Positions 43,746 to 52,864 of a DNA stretch of 64,000 nt are shown here, one piece after another. The position numbers and the translations under genes were made by a program. Positions within the stretch are counted from its first letter, which is position 1. Every line of letters starts with the position of its first letter. The stretch lies in the NCBI GenBank assembly GCA_037431425.1, contig GCA_037431425.1_4129.2. One strand, given 5' to 3'. This DNA comes from a phage. The notes beneath the pieces were generated by a model, which saw only the letters and a list, made by a program, of their open reading frames with translations, made no database searches and was not told the DNA's origin.

Positions 43746-45893
43746 ATGCTAAACATTACACGTATATCTATGCGAAACTTCTTTTCATTCGGTAATGCAC
43801 CACAAATTATTGAATTGAATAGTTCTGACATTTCATTAGTACTGGGTCAAAATAATGATGCAGTTATTGAAGGCGGTGACAGTTCTGGACGACGAAATGG
43901 TGTAGGAAAAAGTGCAATTATTCAAGGATTAGTTTTTGGATTATTTGGAAAAAGTATTGGGAATGATATTAAAATCCCCAACTTAGTTAATAAAACTAAT
44001 GGGAAAAATTGCGAAGTTGTGGTGGAGTTTGAAAAAGACGGTGTGCAATATATTGTTGAGCGTGGGAGAAGTCCCACGTATTTCAATCTTGTTACTTTAG
44101 GTAAAGATGACAAAATTGAAGATGAATCAAGGGGTGAAAAGAAAGACACTCAAGAAGATTTGAATGAAATTCTTGGAATATCCCAATTATTATTTGAACA
44201 TATTGTAGTACTGAATGCAAACGTTGAACCTTTCTTGGCGTTATCCACACAAAAACAACGTGATATGATAGAAGAACTTCTAGGTATAACACAGTTAACA
44301 GAAAAAGCCGAAATATTAAAGGAGATGTACAAGGATACTAAACGCTTAGCAGAGCAAGAAAAGTTTAAAAATGAAACAGTTGCTGCAAGTAACGAACGTA
44401 TTCAAAAAAGTATTGAGGTTCTTCAAGAACAGGCAAACCAATTTGAGATCGATAAAAGTAATAGAGTAGCGAAGTTAAATGAAGAGTTGAATATTTATAA
44501 AACTTTCGACTTCAATGAACTCTATAAAGCTGCTGAAGAGAAAGAGAAAGCTCTTATTCATAACACAAAGCGTAATGAAATAGAACGCCGTGTACAAGAT
44601 TTAGCTTTAAAATTTGATGCATATGACCGTGAGATTGAATCATCCAAACGTGCACTAAAACTAAGCATTGATAAACTAAAAACTATTGATATTAGTGCTG
44701 AGTTGGAAAATCATAATGAACTAGAGATATGGAAACAGTTAGAAGACATTCTTAAAGAGAATAATAACCAAAAACGTTTCAAAGAGCAAAAGCTAAACTC
44801 ACTAAAAGTTGCATTAAAAGGGTATGAATGTTCAATTAATGCTGAAATTGACAAATTATCAACCGTTGAAAATAGTAAATGTCCACTTTGTATGTCAGAA
44901 TTGGAACATAATGAACATACTTCTTCAATTAAAGATAAAATTCAAAGTACTATTGACGATCTTCAAGCCAAAATTGACAGTTCTTCTTCTGAAATTGAGA
45001 TTTTACTTAAAGAAATTGAGAGTATTGAGATTTTTGATATGCCACCTAAGCCTGTGACATATTATAATACACTTTCAGAAGCACAAATGCATGAACATAA
45101 GCTTCAAGAATTGATCAAAAAGAGTGAAGAAGAGCCAATAAACATCTATGCAAATGAACTTATGTCATCATATGATGAACTTAACTCATATGAACTAATG
45201 GAAGTTCCAGATACATTAAACAAATATGAAGTTAAAGAGTTGGAAATGACCGTAAATTCATTATCACAGCAATTAGATCGTGAATTGAAGACTACTAACA
45301 CATTTATTAGTCAAATTAATACCCTGAAGACTGATTCTTTAGTACCAATCGATTATAGTGACTATAATAATCTTGATAAAATGTCAAATCACCAAGATTT
45401 CTTGGTTAAATTACTTTTAAACAAGGATTCTTATGTCCGTAAACGTATTATTGAGCAAAATATCTCATATTTGAATACACGACTTCAGTACTATATCGAT
45501 ATGTGCGGTTCTGAGCATAATGTTGTGTTTTTGAATGATTTGAGTGTTGAAATTGAGAAGAGTGGGCAGTACTTTGACTATAAACAGCTTAGTCGTGGTG
45601 AGCGTACAAGGGTAAACATCGCATTATCTTGTGCTTTCCGTGATACATACGAGTCATTATATCAAAGTATCAATCTAATAGCACTAGATGAAGCTTGTGA
45701 TGTTGGTCTTGATTCAAGTGGTGTTGTTAAAGTGTGGTCAATCTTCAATGACATGGCTGCTATCAGAAATAAAAATGTATATATCATCTCACATAGAGAA
45801 GAACTAGTTTCTAAGACTGAACATATACTTAAAGTAACCAAAGAAGATGGTTTTAGTACTATAAGTTACTGTACAATTGATGATATCTATTAA
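43746..45893 (+). CDS. 46: Recombination ATPase, T4 gp46 / Rad50 (SbcC)-like (715 aa)
   Basis: Walker A GRRNGVGKS near N-terminus, long coiled-coil middle with CPLC zinc hook, C-terminal signature LSRGERTRVNIALSCAF and Walker B IALDEA. Confidence 0.8.
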   Translation: MLNITRISMRNFFSFGNAPQIIELNSSDISLVLGQNNDAVIEGGDSSGRRNGVGKSAIIQGLVFGLFGKSIGNDIKIPNLVNKTNGKNCEVVVEFEKDGVQYIVERGRSPTYFNLVTLGKDDKIEDESRGEKKDTQEDLNEILGISQLLFEHIVVLNANVEPFLALSTQKQRDMIEELLGITQLTEKAEILKEMYKDTKRLAEQEKFKNETVAASNERIQKSIEVLQEQANQFEIDKSNRVAKLNEELNIYKTFDFNELYKAAEEKEKALIHNTKRNEIERRVQDLALKFDAYDREIESSKRALKLSIDKLKTIDISAELENHNELEIWKQLEDILKENNNQKRFKEQKLNSLKVALKGYECSINAEIDKLSTVENSKCPLCMSELEHNEHTSSIKDKIQSTIDDLQAKIDSSSSEIEILLKEIESIEIFDMPPKPVTYYNTLSEAQMHEHKLQELIKKSEEEPINIYANELMSSYDELNSYELMEVPDTLNKYEVKELEMTVNSLSQQLDRELKTTNTFISQINTLKTDSLVPIDYSDYNNLDKMSNHQDFLVKLLLNKDSYVRKRIIEQNISYLNTRLQYYIDMCGSEHNVVFLNDLSVEIEKSGQYFDYKQLSRGERTRVNIALSCAFRDTYESLYQSINLIALDEACDVGLDSSGVVKVWSIFNDMAAIRNKNVYIISHREELVSKTEHILKVTKEDGFSTISYCTIDDIY

Positions 45894-45900
45894 TAACAGA

Positions 45901-45927
45901 AAAGGGGGCTTATGCTCCCTTTTTTAT
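45901..45927. terminator. Intrinsic terminator after gp46-like gene
   Basis: Stem AGGGGGC / GCTCCCT (one G-U pair), loop TTAT, followed by T6. Confidence 0.55.
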
Positions 45928-46002
45928 TATCATTATATCTATTGTTTCCATACATCCTACATCGAACTAGATTTTGTAAGATATAGGATTGGTAATGTGT
46001 TT

Positions 46003-46497
46003 TTATTTTGTATCTCTTTTTACATCAACCATGTTTAATTTACCGTCCTTAATTAGCTTTCTAGCTTGTTTTACACGAGCAGTAGTGTTGCTACCAGGGA
46101 CGACACCTAACCCTTCCAGAATTGCGTTTTGCTGCGTTGCTGGAAGCCTTTTAAACTTATTCACATCTACTGTTAGTGCTGTGTGATGTATCACTTGCTC
46201 TTCTAGTGGGATGTTGTTGTTCTTTTCAAGATAATCTGCCAGATTTCTTAGTACTTCATGTAAAGGCATATCAGTTAAATGCTTTCCATATCGGTTCCAT
46301 GCGTTGGAAACTTTACCTTCAAATGCGTTTATTTCATTCTGTAGAACTTCACGACAGTGTTGGTTACCATAATGGTAGTGATCCAGTACTGGTTTAGTTA
46401 TTGGTTCCTTAATTATAGGATCAATTCCTTTTTGCTTCTTTAGTAATTCATTACGATAGTTTGCAGCTTCTTTACTATCTTTTAATCTTTTCTTCAT
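46003..46497 (-). CDS. Endonuclease VII (T4 gp49)-like protein (164 aa), lacking the zinc-binding cysteines
   Basis: PVLDHYHYGNQHC...NAFEGKV...HEVLRNLADYLEKN parallels T4 endo VII HLDHDHELNG...CNAAEGQ...GVDYLEWLENLLTYLK; sits after the 55/47/46 block as gene 49 does in T4; only one Cys present. Confidence 0.45.
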   Translation of the reverse strand: MKKRLKDSKEAANYRNELLKKQKGIDPIIKEPITKPVLDHYHYGNQHCREVLQNEINAFEGKVSNAWNRYGKHLTDMPLHEVLRNLADYLEKNNNIPLEEQVIHHTALTVDVNKFKRLPATQQNAILEGLGVVPGSNTTARVKQARKLIKDGKLNMVDVKRDTK

Positions 46498-46527
46498 AAA
46501 TCCCCACCAAACTAATTTTTATAAAAA

Positions 46528-46535
46528 TATTTATG
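46528..46535 (-). promoter_or_regulatory. Late-promoter-like box (CATAAATA) for the endo VII-like gene
   Basis: Reverse complement of 46528-46535 is CATAAATA, 31 nt upstream of ATG at 46497. Confidence 0.35.
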
Positions 46536-46588
46536 AGTTACATTAGAGAACAATAATTATGTGTTTTTTGATAAATAAATTTAAATTA

Positions 46589-46618
46589 TTTGAGACAACT
46601 TTGAAGTTTGTGCTATAA
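46589..46618 (+). promoter_or_regulatory. Strong sigma70-like promoter firing into an ORF-free interval
   Basis: TTGAGA (46589-46594) - 18 nt - TGcTATAAT (46610-46618); no ORF of 60 aa or more downstream until the terminator at 47069-47093. Confidence 0.5.
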
Positions 46619-46624
46619 TGTTTG

Positions 46625-47093
46625 ATGTAGTAATGACAATCCTGTTGAATGCAGAAATGCATATAAATTAGAACCTGATCCTATCGAAAATGTAGATGGC
46701 AGATGAGCAGTTCAACAGTGCGATGAGCAGAAGAAACCCGTCAGAAGTGGGCATAGTTTGAACCCCTCACGGCAATGCGGCTCAATAAAGAACTCCGATA
46801 AGCATACAGAGAGTTCCTAGATAGACATATAAGGAATCACACCTTACCAGATTTGCTAAGGGAGTTTATTAATTGATTTTAATAAACAGCCTGAAGTTTG
46901 ATTGTATAGACTTTCAGGTGAGTGCTGGGATGAAAAGACCAGTGACCGTTGCATATGACCGTGATAGGGAGAAACAGAGCAACCCGCTTCCGTTTGTGAT
47001 TGATCATTTTACAATATAGATCCGTCCAAAATTCACGATACAATAAATGCTGAAACCATCAGCGTCAAGAAGAGACTTAATTGTCTCTTTTTT
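46625..47093 (+). ncRNA. Candidate ~470-nt non-coding transcript (promoter-to-terminator unit without a credible ORF)
   Basis: Bounded by the promoter at 46589-46618 and the terminator at 47069-47093; relatively GC-rich, several short stem-loops; only ORFs of 35 codons or fewer with poor RBS. Confidence 0.3.
47069..47093 (+). terminator. Intrinsic terminator ending the candidate ncRNA
   Basis: Stem AAGAGAC (47069-47075) / GTCTCTT (47082-47088), loop TTAATT, then T6. Confidence 0.6.
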
Positions 47094-47309
47094 ATTACTT
47101 TCATTCCCCTGCGGGGGGATGAAAATGTCCTCAACAAATCCCGTCAAGTTTTAAATCTTTAAAAGTTCTTTCTAAATTAATTTAATGAAATGAATATGAG
47201 TTACGTAGTAACGAATATTCTTCAGGTAACGAATGAAATGAGTTAGCTGAATCCAATATATTAAAATTAATCTTTCATAATTCAATTCAAATAATTCTGT
47301 AGTTTAAAA

Positions 47310-47339
47310 AAACAAAAAAAACCAGCAACAATGTGCTGG
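47310..47339 (-). terminator. Intrinsic terminator after the 69-aa gene
   Basis: Stem ACCAGCA / TGCTGGT (47320-47339); on the minus transcript it is followed by U8. Confidence 0.55.
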
Positions 47340-47351
47340 TAATTATGTGAT

Positions 47352-47561
47352 TTAGTGCTTCTCGTTTTGTTTTTTAATTTTCTTATTAAAAGACTTAACT
47401 AATAAGTCTCTATCTATTAAAGGCATATTAAGAAGTGTTCCATAGTCAATATTATCCATATAAACAGAACACTCCATTAGTGCTTGTTTGATTTCTGACT
47501 TATTCAGTTCTATCTCCCTTATGACTTCTTGTATTTCTTCAGGAGTTGACTGGAGAAGCAT
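47352..47561 (-). CDS. Small hypothetical protein (69 aa)
   Basis: ORF translationally coupled to upstream gene (1-nt stop/start overlap at 47561); followed by a terminator. Confidence 0.45.
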   Translation of the reverse strand: MLLQSTPEEIQEVIREIELNKSEIKQALMECSVYMDNIDYGTLLNMPLIDRDLLVKSFNKKIKKQNEKH

Positions 47562-48397
47562 TACTCGAAAAAATGACTAGGATCATATTTTAGTCCATCA
47601 ATTTCCCATTGATGATTACAGTTACTACATTCAACTTCCATAGTATGGGAGACACCAATCTCAAGTACTTCATCCATTTTTTCACGAATTAGTTTAAGAA
47701 CTCCCTTCGATTGTTGACCGAGCCATTCATTAATAAATTCCTTTTCAACTACTTCATCACCGTCTGGTGTTATAATTTTTGCAATAACTCCACCAATCAT
47801 ATCAAAATTAAGTTGAGCCATACTTTCAAAAACTTCTGAAAATATTTTTACTTTTTCATCCTTGTCAATATCAGCAGTTTCAAGAAACTTGGTTTTTTGT
47901 TGTTCGTTGAACATGCGTTCTGCAAAAGATGAATATTCTTTCCATGTAAGTGGTTTAAATTCCAAACGTAGACCGTTATCCAAATCAACAGAAGGAATTT
48001 CACTAAATGATTTCGCAGTTTCAAGTAGATATGATAGATTACGCTCAAAGCGTCCCTCTTTTTCACATTCAGGACATACTACGTTAATGTCATATGTTTC
48101 TTCTTTCGAAGCAACTTTAATTGCAATAAGAAGCATTTCAACATCATTTACATATAGTTCATCTGCATCAATTACATTCGGAACACAGTTCTCAATCACA
48201 CGTGATACTGCATCACCATTTAGTAGCATATCTGGTGTATTCAGTGTCATTTCATCACGTGCACTACGTGCACAAACTCCGCACTTGACACCTTTTGGTC
48301 CTAGTACTCCATCTTTATAAGGAATAACACCGTTTGTAACCAACTTAGTACTGATCTCTTCAATTTTAGTGTACTTAGCAAGTGGATTCATAGCCAT
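47561..48397 (-). CDS. Hypothetical late protein with three CxxC motifs (278 aa)
   Basis: Start moved from track 48502 to ATG at 48397 (RBS GGAG; late box 36 nt upstream); CGVC, CPEC, CSNC motifs suggest Zn-ribbon(s). Confidence 0.55.
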   Translation of the reverse strand: MAMNPLAKYTKIEEISTKLVTNGVIPYKDGVLGPKGVKCGVCARSARDEMTLNTPDMLLNGDAVSRVIENCVPNVIDADELYVNDVEMLLIAIKVASKEETYDINVVCPECEKEGRFERNLSYLLETAKSFSEIPSVDLDNGLRLEFKPLTWKEYSSFAERMFNEQQKTKFLETADIDKDEKVKIFSEVFESMAQLNFDMIGGVIAKIITPDGDEVVEKEFINEWLGQQSKGVLKLIREKMDEVLEIGVSHTMEVECSNCNHQWEIDGLKYDPSHFFE

Positions 48398-48432
48398 TTT
48401 GTTAAATCTCCATGTAATAAATGTGTTTATAG

Positions 48433-48440
48433 TATTTATA
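48433..48440 (-). promoter_or_regulatory. T4-type late promoter box (TATAAATA) for the 278-aa gene
   Basis: Reverse complement of 48433-48440 is exactly TATAAATA, 36 nt upstream of ATG at 48397. Confidence 0.45.
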
Positions 48441-48480
48441 ATACTAAAATCAAACAATTTTTTTATATTATATATAGTTT

Positions 48481-48488
48481 CATAAATA
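48481..48488 (+). promoter_or_regulatory. Late-promoter-like box (CATAAATA) for the 733-aa gene / portal operon
   Basis: CATAAATA 33 nt upstream of ATG at 48521. Confidence 0.4.
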
Positions 48489-48520
48489 TTTCTATAATAC
48501 ATCTATTAAAAGGGAATGTT

Positions 48521-50722
48521 ATGGCTGGAAATACAAGTGATTACCTACTACAACAGTTGGTTAATCAAACTAAAGATAACAATGATAGCTTGAGTGCTAT
48601 ACGTGAGTTATTGGCTGAAAATATAAAAAATGACAGAAAGAAATCCGGTTCTAAAAGTAGAAAACATAACGAAAGAACTTCATCTGGTTCTGGGAATCGT
48701 GGTTCTAAAGCTAATAATGTAGATGGTGGTAAAGAATTTGGTAAAATATTCAAATCATTATCATCTGAAGTATCAAATGTTGGAAAAACAATGATGAGTA
48801 CATCTGCTAACGTCAGCAACGTTGTCAATTCACTGGGAATGAGTGCATCTTCATTTGCTGGTTCATTGGCAATGATTCCTGGGCCAGTTGGTGCAGCCGC
48901 AACTGCTTTTAAAATGGTCGCTGACGTTGGTATGGCAGTATATAATGTATTAAATGCACAACTTGAAGTTTATAATAGAATAAACAGTGCTGGTGTTGCC
49001 CTATCTGAAGGATATGGTTCCATATTAAAAGGTGCAGGTGCATCAATGATGAGTGTTGATGCATTTGGTGAAGCATTACAAACACATAGTTCTGTTGTTG
49101 CACAATTGGATGGAGCATATGGTGATGGTGTATCCACATTTGGTAAATTATTGGGTACTGTACAACAGGCACAAAATCAATTGGGTTTATATGGAGTTTC
49201 ACAAAAAACACTAACTGATTTAACTGCACGTAATATTAAATTCCAAAAGCAATTTGGTGGAAGAGAAATGTTACGTAGTATGGATCAAGCAAAAAGTACT
49301 GAACAGTTTATCATGAGCATGACTAAGTTCAGTAAAAGTATGGGTGAGTCGGTTGATGCACTATTAAATAAAACACAAAACTTAGATAAATCATTAGATA
49401 CACGTTCAATGCAAATAGCATTACAGAACTATTCTGGGCTATCAGGTAAAGCAGCAGTCGAAACGTCAAAAGCATTTAACGAAGCTGCTGCGAGTATGGG
49501 TGATGCTGGTGCAGATTTCCTACGTTTAATTTCACATCGTTTAACCATTGGTGGTGTACCAGATGATTTATTGACTCCAGTACTTAATCAATTTGCTGAC
49601 TTAGGTGAGAACTTGGTACGTAGTGGTGTTACTGATTCGCAAGAAATTCGCCGCCAGCAGATAGAATTTGTTAAAAAGAACAAAGAATTAATAAAGCAAG
49701 ATTTATTACATCAGATTAATTTAGGAAACACTACTGCTGCAATCTTCAACCAACAACTACTCGATATGGAAGCTGCGATAAACGATCCTAAGAGTCAACC
49801 AGCAGATAAATTAACACAATTCACTGATAGATTCAACAGATGGATTAGTAAAGAGTTTACTGGACCATTTAATAAAATGTATGCAGATACACAAAATTCT
49901 ATTGCGGATTACCTTACTGATATTGCTGATAGTACTGATGGTGCATGGGAATTCATCGGAAAGTTAGCACTTGATGGTTTTGGTTTGGTTCCTATTGCGA
50001 AAGATGCCGTTGTGTATTTGGATAGGATCGGTGGTGAGTTTGAGCAGTGGTTAGAAGGGTTAGGTACTGAAATTTTTGGTAGTGGATATAATAAAGTTTC
50101 AGAAGCATTCAATAGTTTTATGAATAACTTAATGGATTTACCTGGAAAACTATGGGATTCTGTAAAAGGTTGGTTTGGTGGTTCGAAAGATAAACCAAAA
50201 GTTGATAATAATTCAGTCACCGATGGAGTAGAAAAAGTTAATAGCTACTTCGAAGATAAAATGAATTCATTTGGGGATTATATTTCCAATTCATTTGACC
50301 ATTTTTTGAAATGGAATTCAAGTAGGAACTTTAAACAACCTAAACCACTTGATGGTTCAGTTGCAGAAAAACTTATTGGTACTGGTATTGATAGTAAACC
50401 CACAACAACTACTAGAATCGAAAAATCTGAACACGTTGCTCCGTATGTTACCATTACACCAAAAACTTTTGATAAGTCAGCATGGGGACCGAATGAACCG
50501 CCAGTTCAAGCTCAACCGGACGATAATGAGGCTATGAAAGCGATGATAAATAATGGTAGTAGTATGGCAAATATTAATAATAATGCCACAATATCAGAAG
50601 ATATGAAAGAGTTACTTAAAAAACTTGCTGATGTTAACGAGCAATCACTATCTGCTGTACAACAGACAAATAACTATCTAAGAACTATCTCTGAAAACAC
50701 TCAAGGTGAGAGAAACAGTTAA
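48521..50722 (+). CDS. Alpha-helical virion protein (733 aa), tape-measure-like or internal/ejection protein
   Basis: Ala/Ser/Gly/Gln-rich, predicted largely helical, basic N-terminus; no ATPase or nuclease motifs, so not a terminase; immediately upstream of portal. Confidence 0.5.
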   Translation: MAGNTSDYLLQQLVNQTKDNNDSLSAIRELLAENIKNDRKKSGSKSRKHNERTSSGSGNRGSKANNVDGGKEFGKIFKSLSSEVSNVGKTMMSTSANVSNVVNSLGMSASSFAGSLAMIPGPVGAAATAFKMVADVGMAVYNVLNAQLEVYNRINSAGVALSEGYGSILKGAGASMMSVDAFGEALQTHSSVVAQLDGAYGDGVSTFGKLLGTVQQAQNQLGLYGVSQKTLTDLTARNIKFQKQFGGREMLRSMDQAKSTEQFIMSMTKFSKSMGESVDALLNKTQNLDKSLDTRSMQIALQNYSGLSGKAAVETSKAFNEAAASMGDAGADFLRLISHRLTIGGVPDDLLTPVLNQFADLGENLVRSGVTDSQEIRRQQIEFVKKNKELIKQDLLHQINLGNTTAAIFNQQLLDMEAAINDPKSQPADKLTQFTDRFNRWISKEFTGPFNKMYADTQNSIADYLTDIADSTDGAWEFIGKLALDGFGLVPIAKDAVVYLDRIGGEFEQWLEGLGTEIFGSGYNKVSEAFNSFMNNLMDLPGKLWDSVKGWFGGSKDKPKVDNNSVTDGVEKVNSYFEDKMNSFGDYISNSFDHFLKWNSSRNFKQPKPLDGSVAEKLIGTGIDSKPTTTTRIEKSEHVAPYVTITPKTFDKSAWGPNEPPVQAQPDDNEAMKAMINNGSSMANINNNATISEDMKELLKKLADVNEQSLSAVQQTNNYLRTISENTQGERNS

Positions 50723-50733
50723 GGACGAAAATA

Positions 50734-52473
50734 ATGAGTTGGAAACGACATATGACAATGGGAAGGTCTAAATTATCGACCATCCCAAATCAGTCCAGTA
50801 ATAGCAATAAATCAACGGGAACTAAAACAAATTTCGCTTCCTATCTACCAGTTGTATATAATGGATTGGCAAATCGCACTGAACGTTATAGTCAGTACGA
50901 GCAAATGGACCAAGACCCTGAAATTAGAACTGCATTAAATATCATTGCTGACTTCTGTACACAAAGTACTGAAGACTATGGTTTGCCATATAAAATTAAA
51001 TACAAAGATGATATTGGTGATACAGAAGTAACTACAATTGAAGACCGTTTGGATGCTTGGACTGAACAAAATGATTTTAAAACACGAATGTATGAAATTG
51101 TACGTGGTCTTCTTAAATATGGCGACCAGTTTTTTATTCGTGACCCAGAAACATTTGATTGGTATTGGGTGAGTCCAAAAAACGTTGAACAAGTGTTTGT
51201 TAACGAAGCTACTGGAAAAACACCAGTAATTTATTACATACGAGATGTGTCATTGAACCTGAAAGATAAGGTTTTTAGTAACCTACAAGTAGGATTTGAT
51301 AAAACAGCTTATCCTGGTGCGATCCCTACAACAATGGGTGGGGGTGGTTCAGTAGCTGCGGGTGGTGCGTCTGGATTTACCAGCCAAGGAAATACTGCTG
51401 ACCCATTCAGTACTAATGGACAATTGGACGTTATTCCTGTTGGTGCAGAACACGTAATTCATCTAACACTAAATACAGGACAAGATGGGGTATGGCCTTT
51501 TGGAACAAGTATACTTGAGGACGTATTTAAAGTCTATAAGCAAAAAGAACTTCTGGAAGATAGTATTATAATTTATCGCGTACAACGTGCACCGGAACGT
51601 CGTGTGTTTAAAATTGATGTTGGTGATATGCAAGCACACCAAGCAATGGCTTATGTGGAAAGATTTAAAAATGAAATCCACCAGCGTAGAATACCTTCGA
51701 ACAAAGGTGGAAGCACTTCATTGATGGATGCTGCATATAATCCATTAAGCATTTTAGAAGATTACTTTTTTCCACAAACTTCCGAAGGTCGTGGTTCTGA
51801 TGTCCAAACACTACCTGGTGGTGATAACTTGGGACAAATTGATGACTTACGTTATTTTAATAATAAATTGATTCGTGGTCTTCAAATACCAGCTTCATAT
51901 CTACCACAAGGTCCAGATGATGGCGGTGTTTCGCTATTTGGTGATGGTGCTACACAAGCTATGGCAAGTGAATTGCGATTCAATAATCAATGTATGCGTT
52001 ATCAGCGTTTGGTTGCAAAACACTTTGATGCTGAGTTTAAAAGATTTATGGTTAAAAATGGTTATAATATTAGTACTTCATCTTTTGAGGTTATAATGAA
52101 TCCACCTATTAACTTGGCTTCTTATCGTAAAGCAGAGTTGGATGCTAAATTGATTAACACCTATCTTCCTCTTAATGATTTGCCTTATATGGCTAAACAA
52201 ACAATTCTTGAAAAAATGGGATTTTCTAAATCTGATATTGTCAAGAATGAACAATTGTGGTTACAAGAAAATCCACAAGATGGTTCTCAACCTACTGGTG
52301 ATGAAGAAGAATCAGCAGGTTTGCAGTCTGTTGGTATTGACGCACCAAATGACCCTGGAATGGATCTTGGTATTGATAGCGATGGTAATTTGGAAAGTGC
52401 TGATGCAGAATATCAAGAACAACAAAGTGGAAGTGACGGTTTCGACCCGAATAATTTAGGCAATTCTTTTTAA
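50734..52473 (+). CDS. 20: Portal vertex protein, T4 gp20-like (579 aa)
   Basis: SIIIYRVQRAPERRVFKIDVGDMQAH...TLPGGDNLGQIDDLRYFNNKLIRGLQIP parallels T4 gp20 [27 protein letters not shown]...[28 protein letters not shown]. Confidence 0.85.
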   Translation: MSWKRHMTMGRSKLSTIPNQSSNSNKSTGTKTNFASYLPVVYNGLANRTERYSQYEQMDQDPEIRTALNIIADFCTQSTEDYGLPYKIKYKDDIGDTEVTTIEDRLDAWTEQNDFKTRMYEIVRGLLKYGDQFFIRDPETFDWYWVSPKNVEQVFVNEATGKTPVIYYIRDVSLNLKDKVFSNLQVGFDKTAYPGAIPTTMGGGGSVAAGGASGFTSQGNTADPFSTNGQLDVIPVGAEHVIHLTLNTGQDGVWPFGTSILEDVFKVYKQKELLEDSIIIYRVQRAPERRVFKIDVGDMQAHQAMAYVERFKNEIHQRRIPSNKGGSTSLMDAAYNPLSILEDYFFPQTSEGRGSDVQTLPGGDNLGQIDDLRYFNNKLIRGLQIPASYLPQGPDDGGVSLFGDGATQAMASELRFNNQCMRYQRLVAKHFDAEFKRFMVKNGYNISTSSFEVIMNPPINLASYRKAELDAKLINTYLPLNDLPYMAKQTILEKMGFSKSDIVKNEQLWLQENPQDGSQPTGDEEESAGLQSVGIDAPNDPGMDLGIDSDGNLESADAEYQEQQSGSDGFDPNNLGNSF

Positions 52474-52546
52474 ACATAAATAATATTGTATAAAAGTGAG
52501 GGTGAAATTAAACCCTCATTTATAATGCATATTTCAAGGAGATTGA

Positions 52547-52774
52547 ATGTTAAAGGACATCTTTGAATCTAGCAGTGATTCAATGTACGACCCTGAAGAT
52601 GATCAGAACGTATATAAAATTACTGATTCCAGAAAACCGAAACTGACATTACAAGTACTAAACAATTTAAGAAAGTATCGTGAATTTAAAGCACATGAAG
52701 AACAACGCCGCAAAAATGTGGTTGCAGTTGTTTATGCCGCTGCACCATCTGGTGACGGTTCTGGACTAATGTAA
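52547..52774 (+). CDS. Small prohead-core-like protein (75 aa), in the position of T4 gp67
   Basis: Small acidic/basic ORF between portal and protease genes with RBS AAGGAG; assignment by synteny only. Confidence 0.4.
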   Translation: MLKDIFESSSDSMYDPEDDQNVYKITDSRKPKLTLQVLNNLRKYREFKAHEEQRRKNVVAVVYAAAPSGDGSGLM

Positions 52775-52864
52775 GTTAAAAAATCGCACTTTTTGAAGCT
52801 TTTAAAAAAGGCGATTTTATTCAGTACTAAATAATATCATACTTTATACGAATATAATATATCT

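Noticed and set aside
46700-46780. Possible tRNA (segment AGTTTGAACCCC resembling a T-arm)
   Set aside because: No flanking acceptor stem, D-arm or anticodon arm could be drawn; T-loop consensus GTTCRANYC not matched.
46625-47100. Short ORFs in the ORF-free interval (e.g. 29 codons starting ~46927, 21 codons ~46693, 35 codons ~47048)
   Set aside because: Too short, weak or absent RBS, and one runs through the terminator hairpin; kept only as an alternative to the ncRNA hypothesis.
47862-48320. Plus-strand ORF (152 aa) and minus-strand ORF 47848..48066
   Set aside because: Antisense or alternative frame within the 278-aa late gene; Ser-rich low-complexity translation.
48398-48502. N-terminal 35-codon extension of the 47561..48502 ORF
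   Set aside because: AT-rich, Ile/Asn/Tyr-rich translation of promoter DNA; RBS GGAG and the TATAAATA box point to the ATG at 48397.
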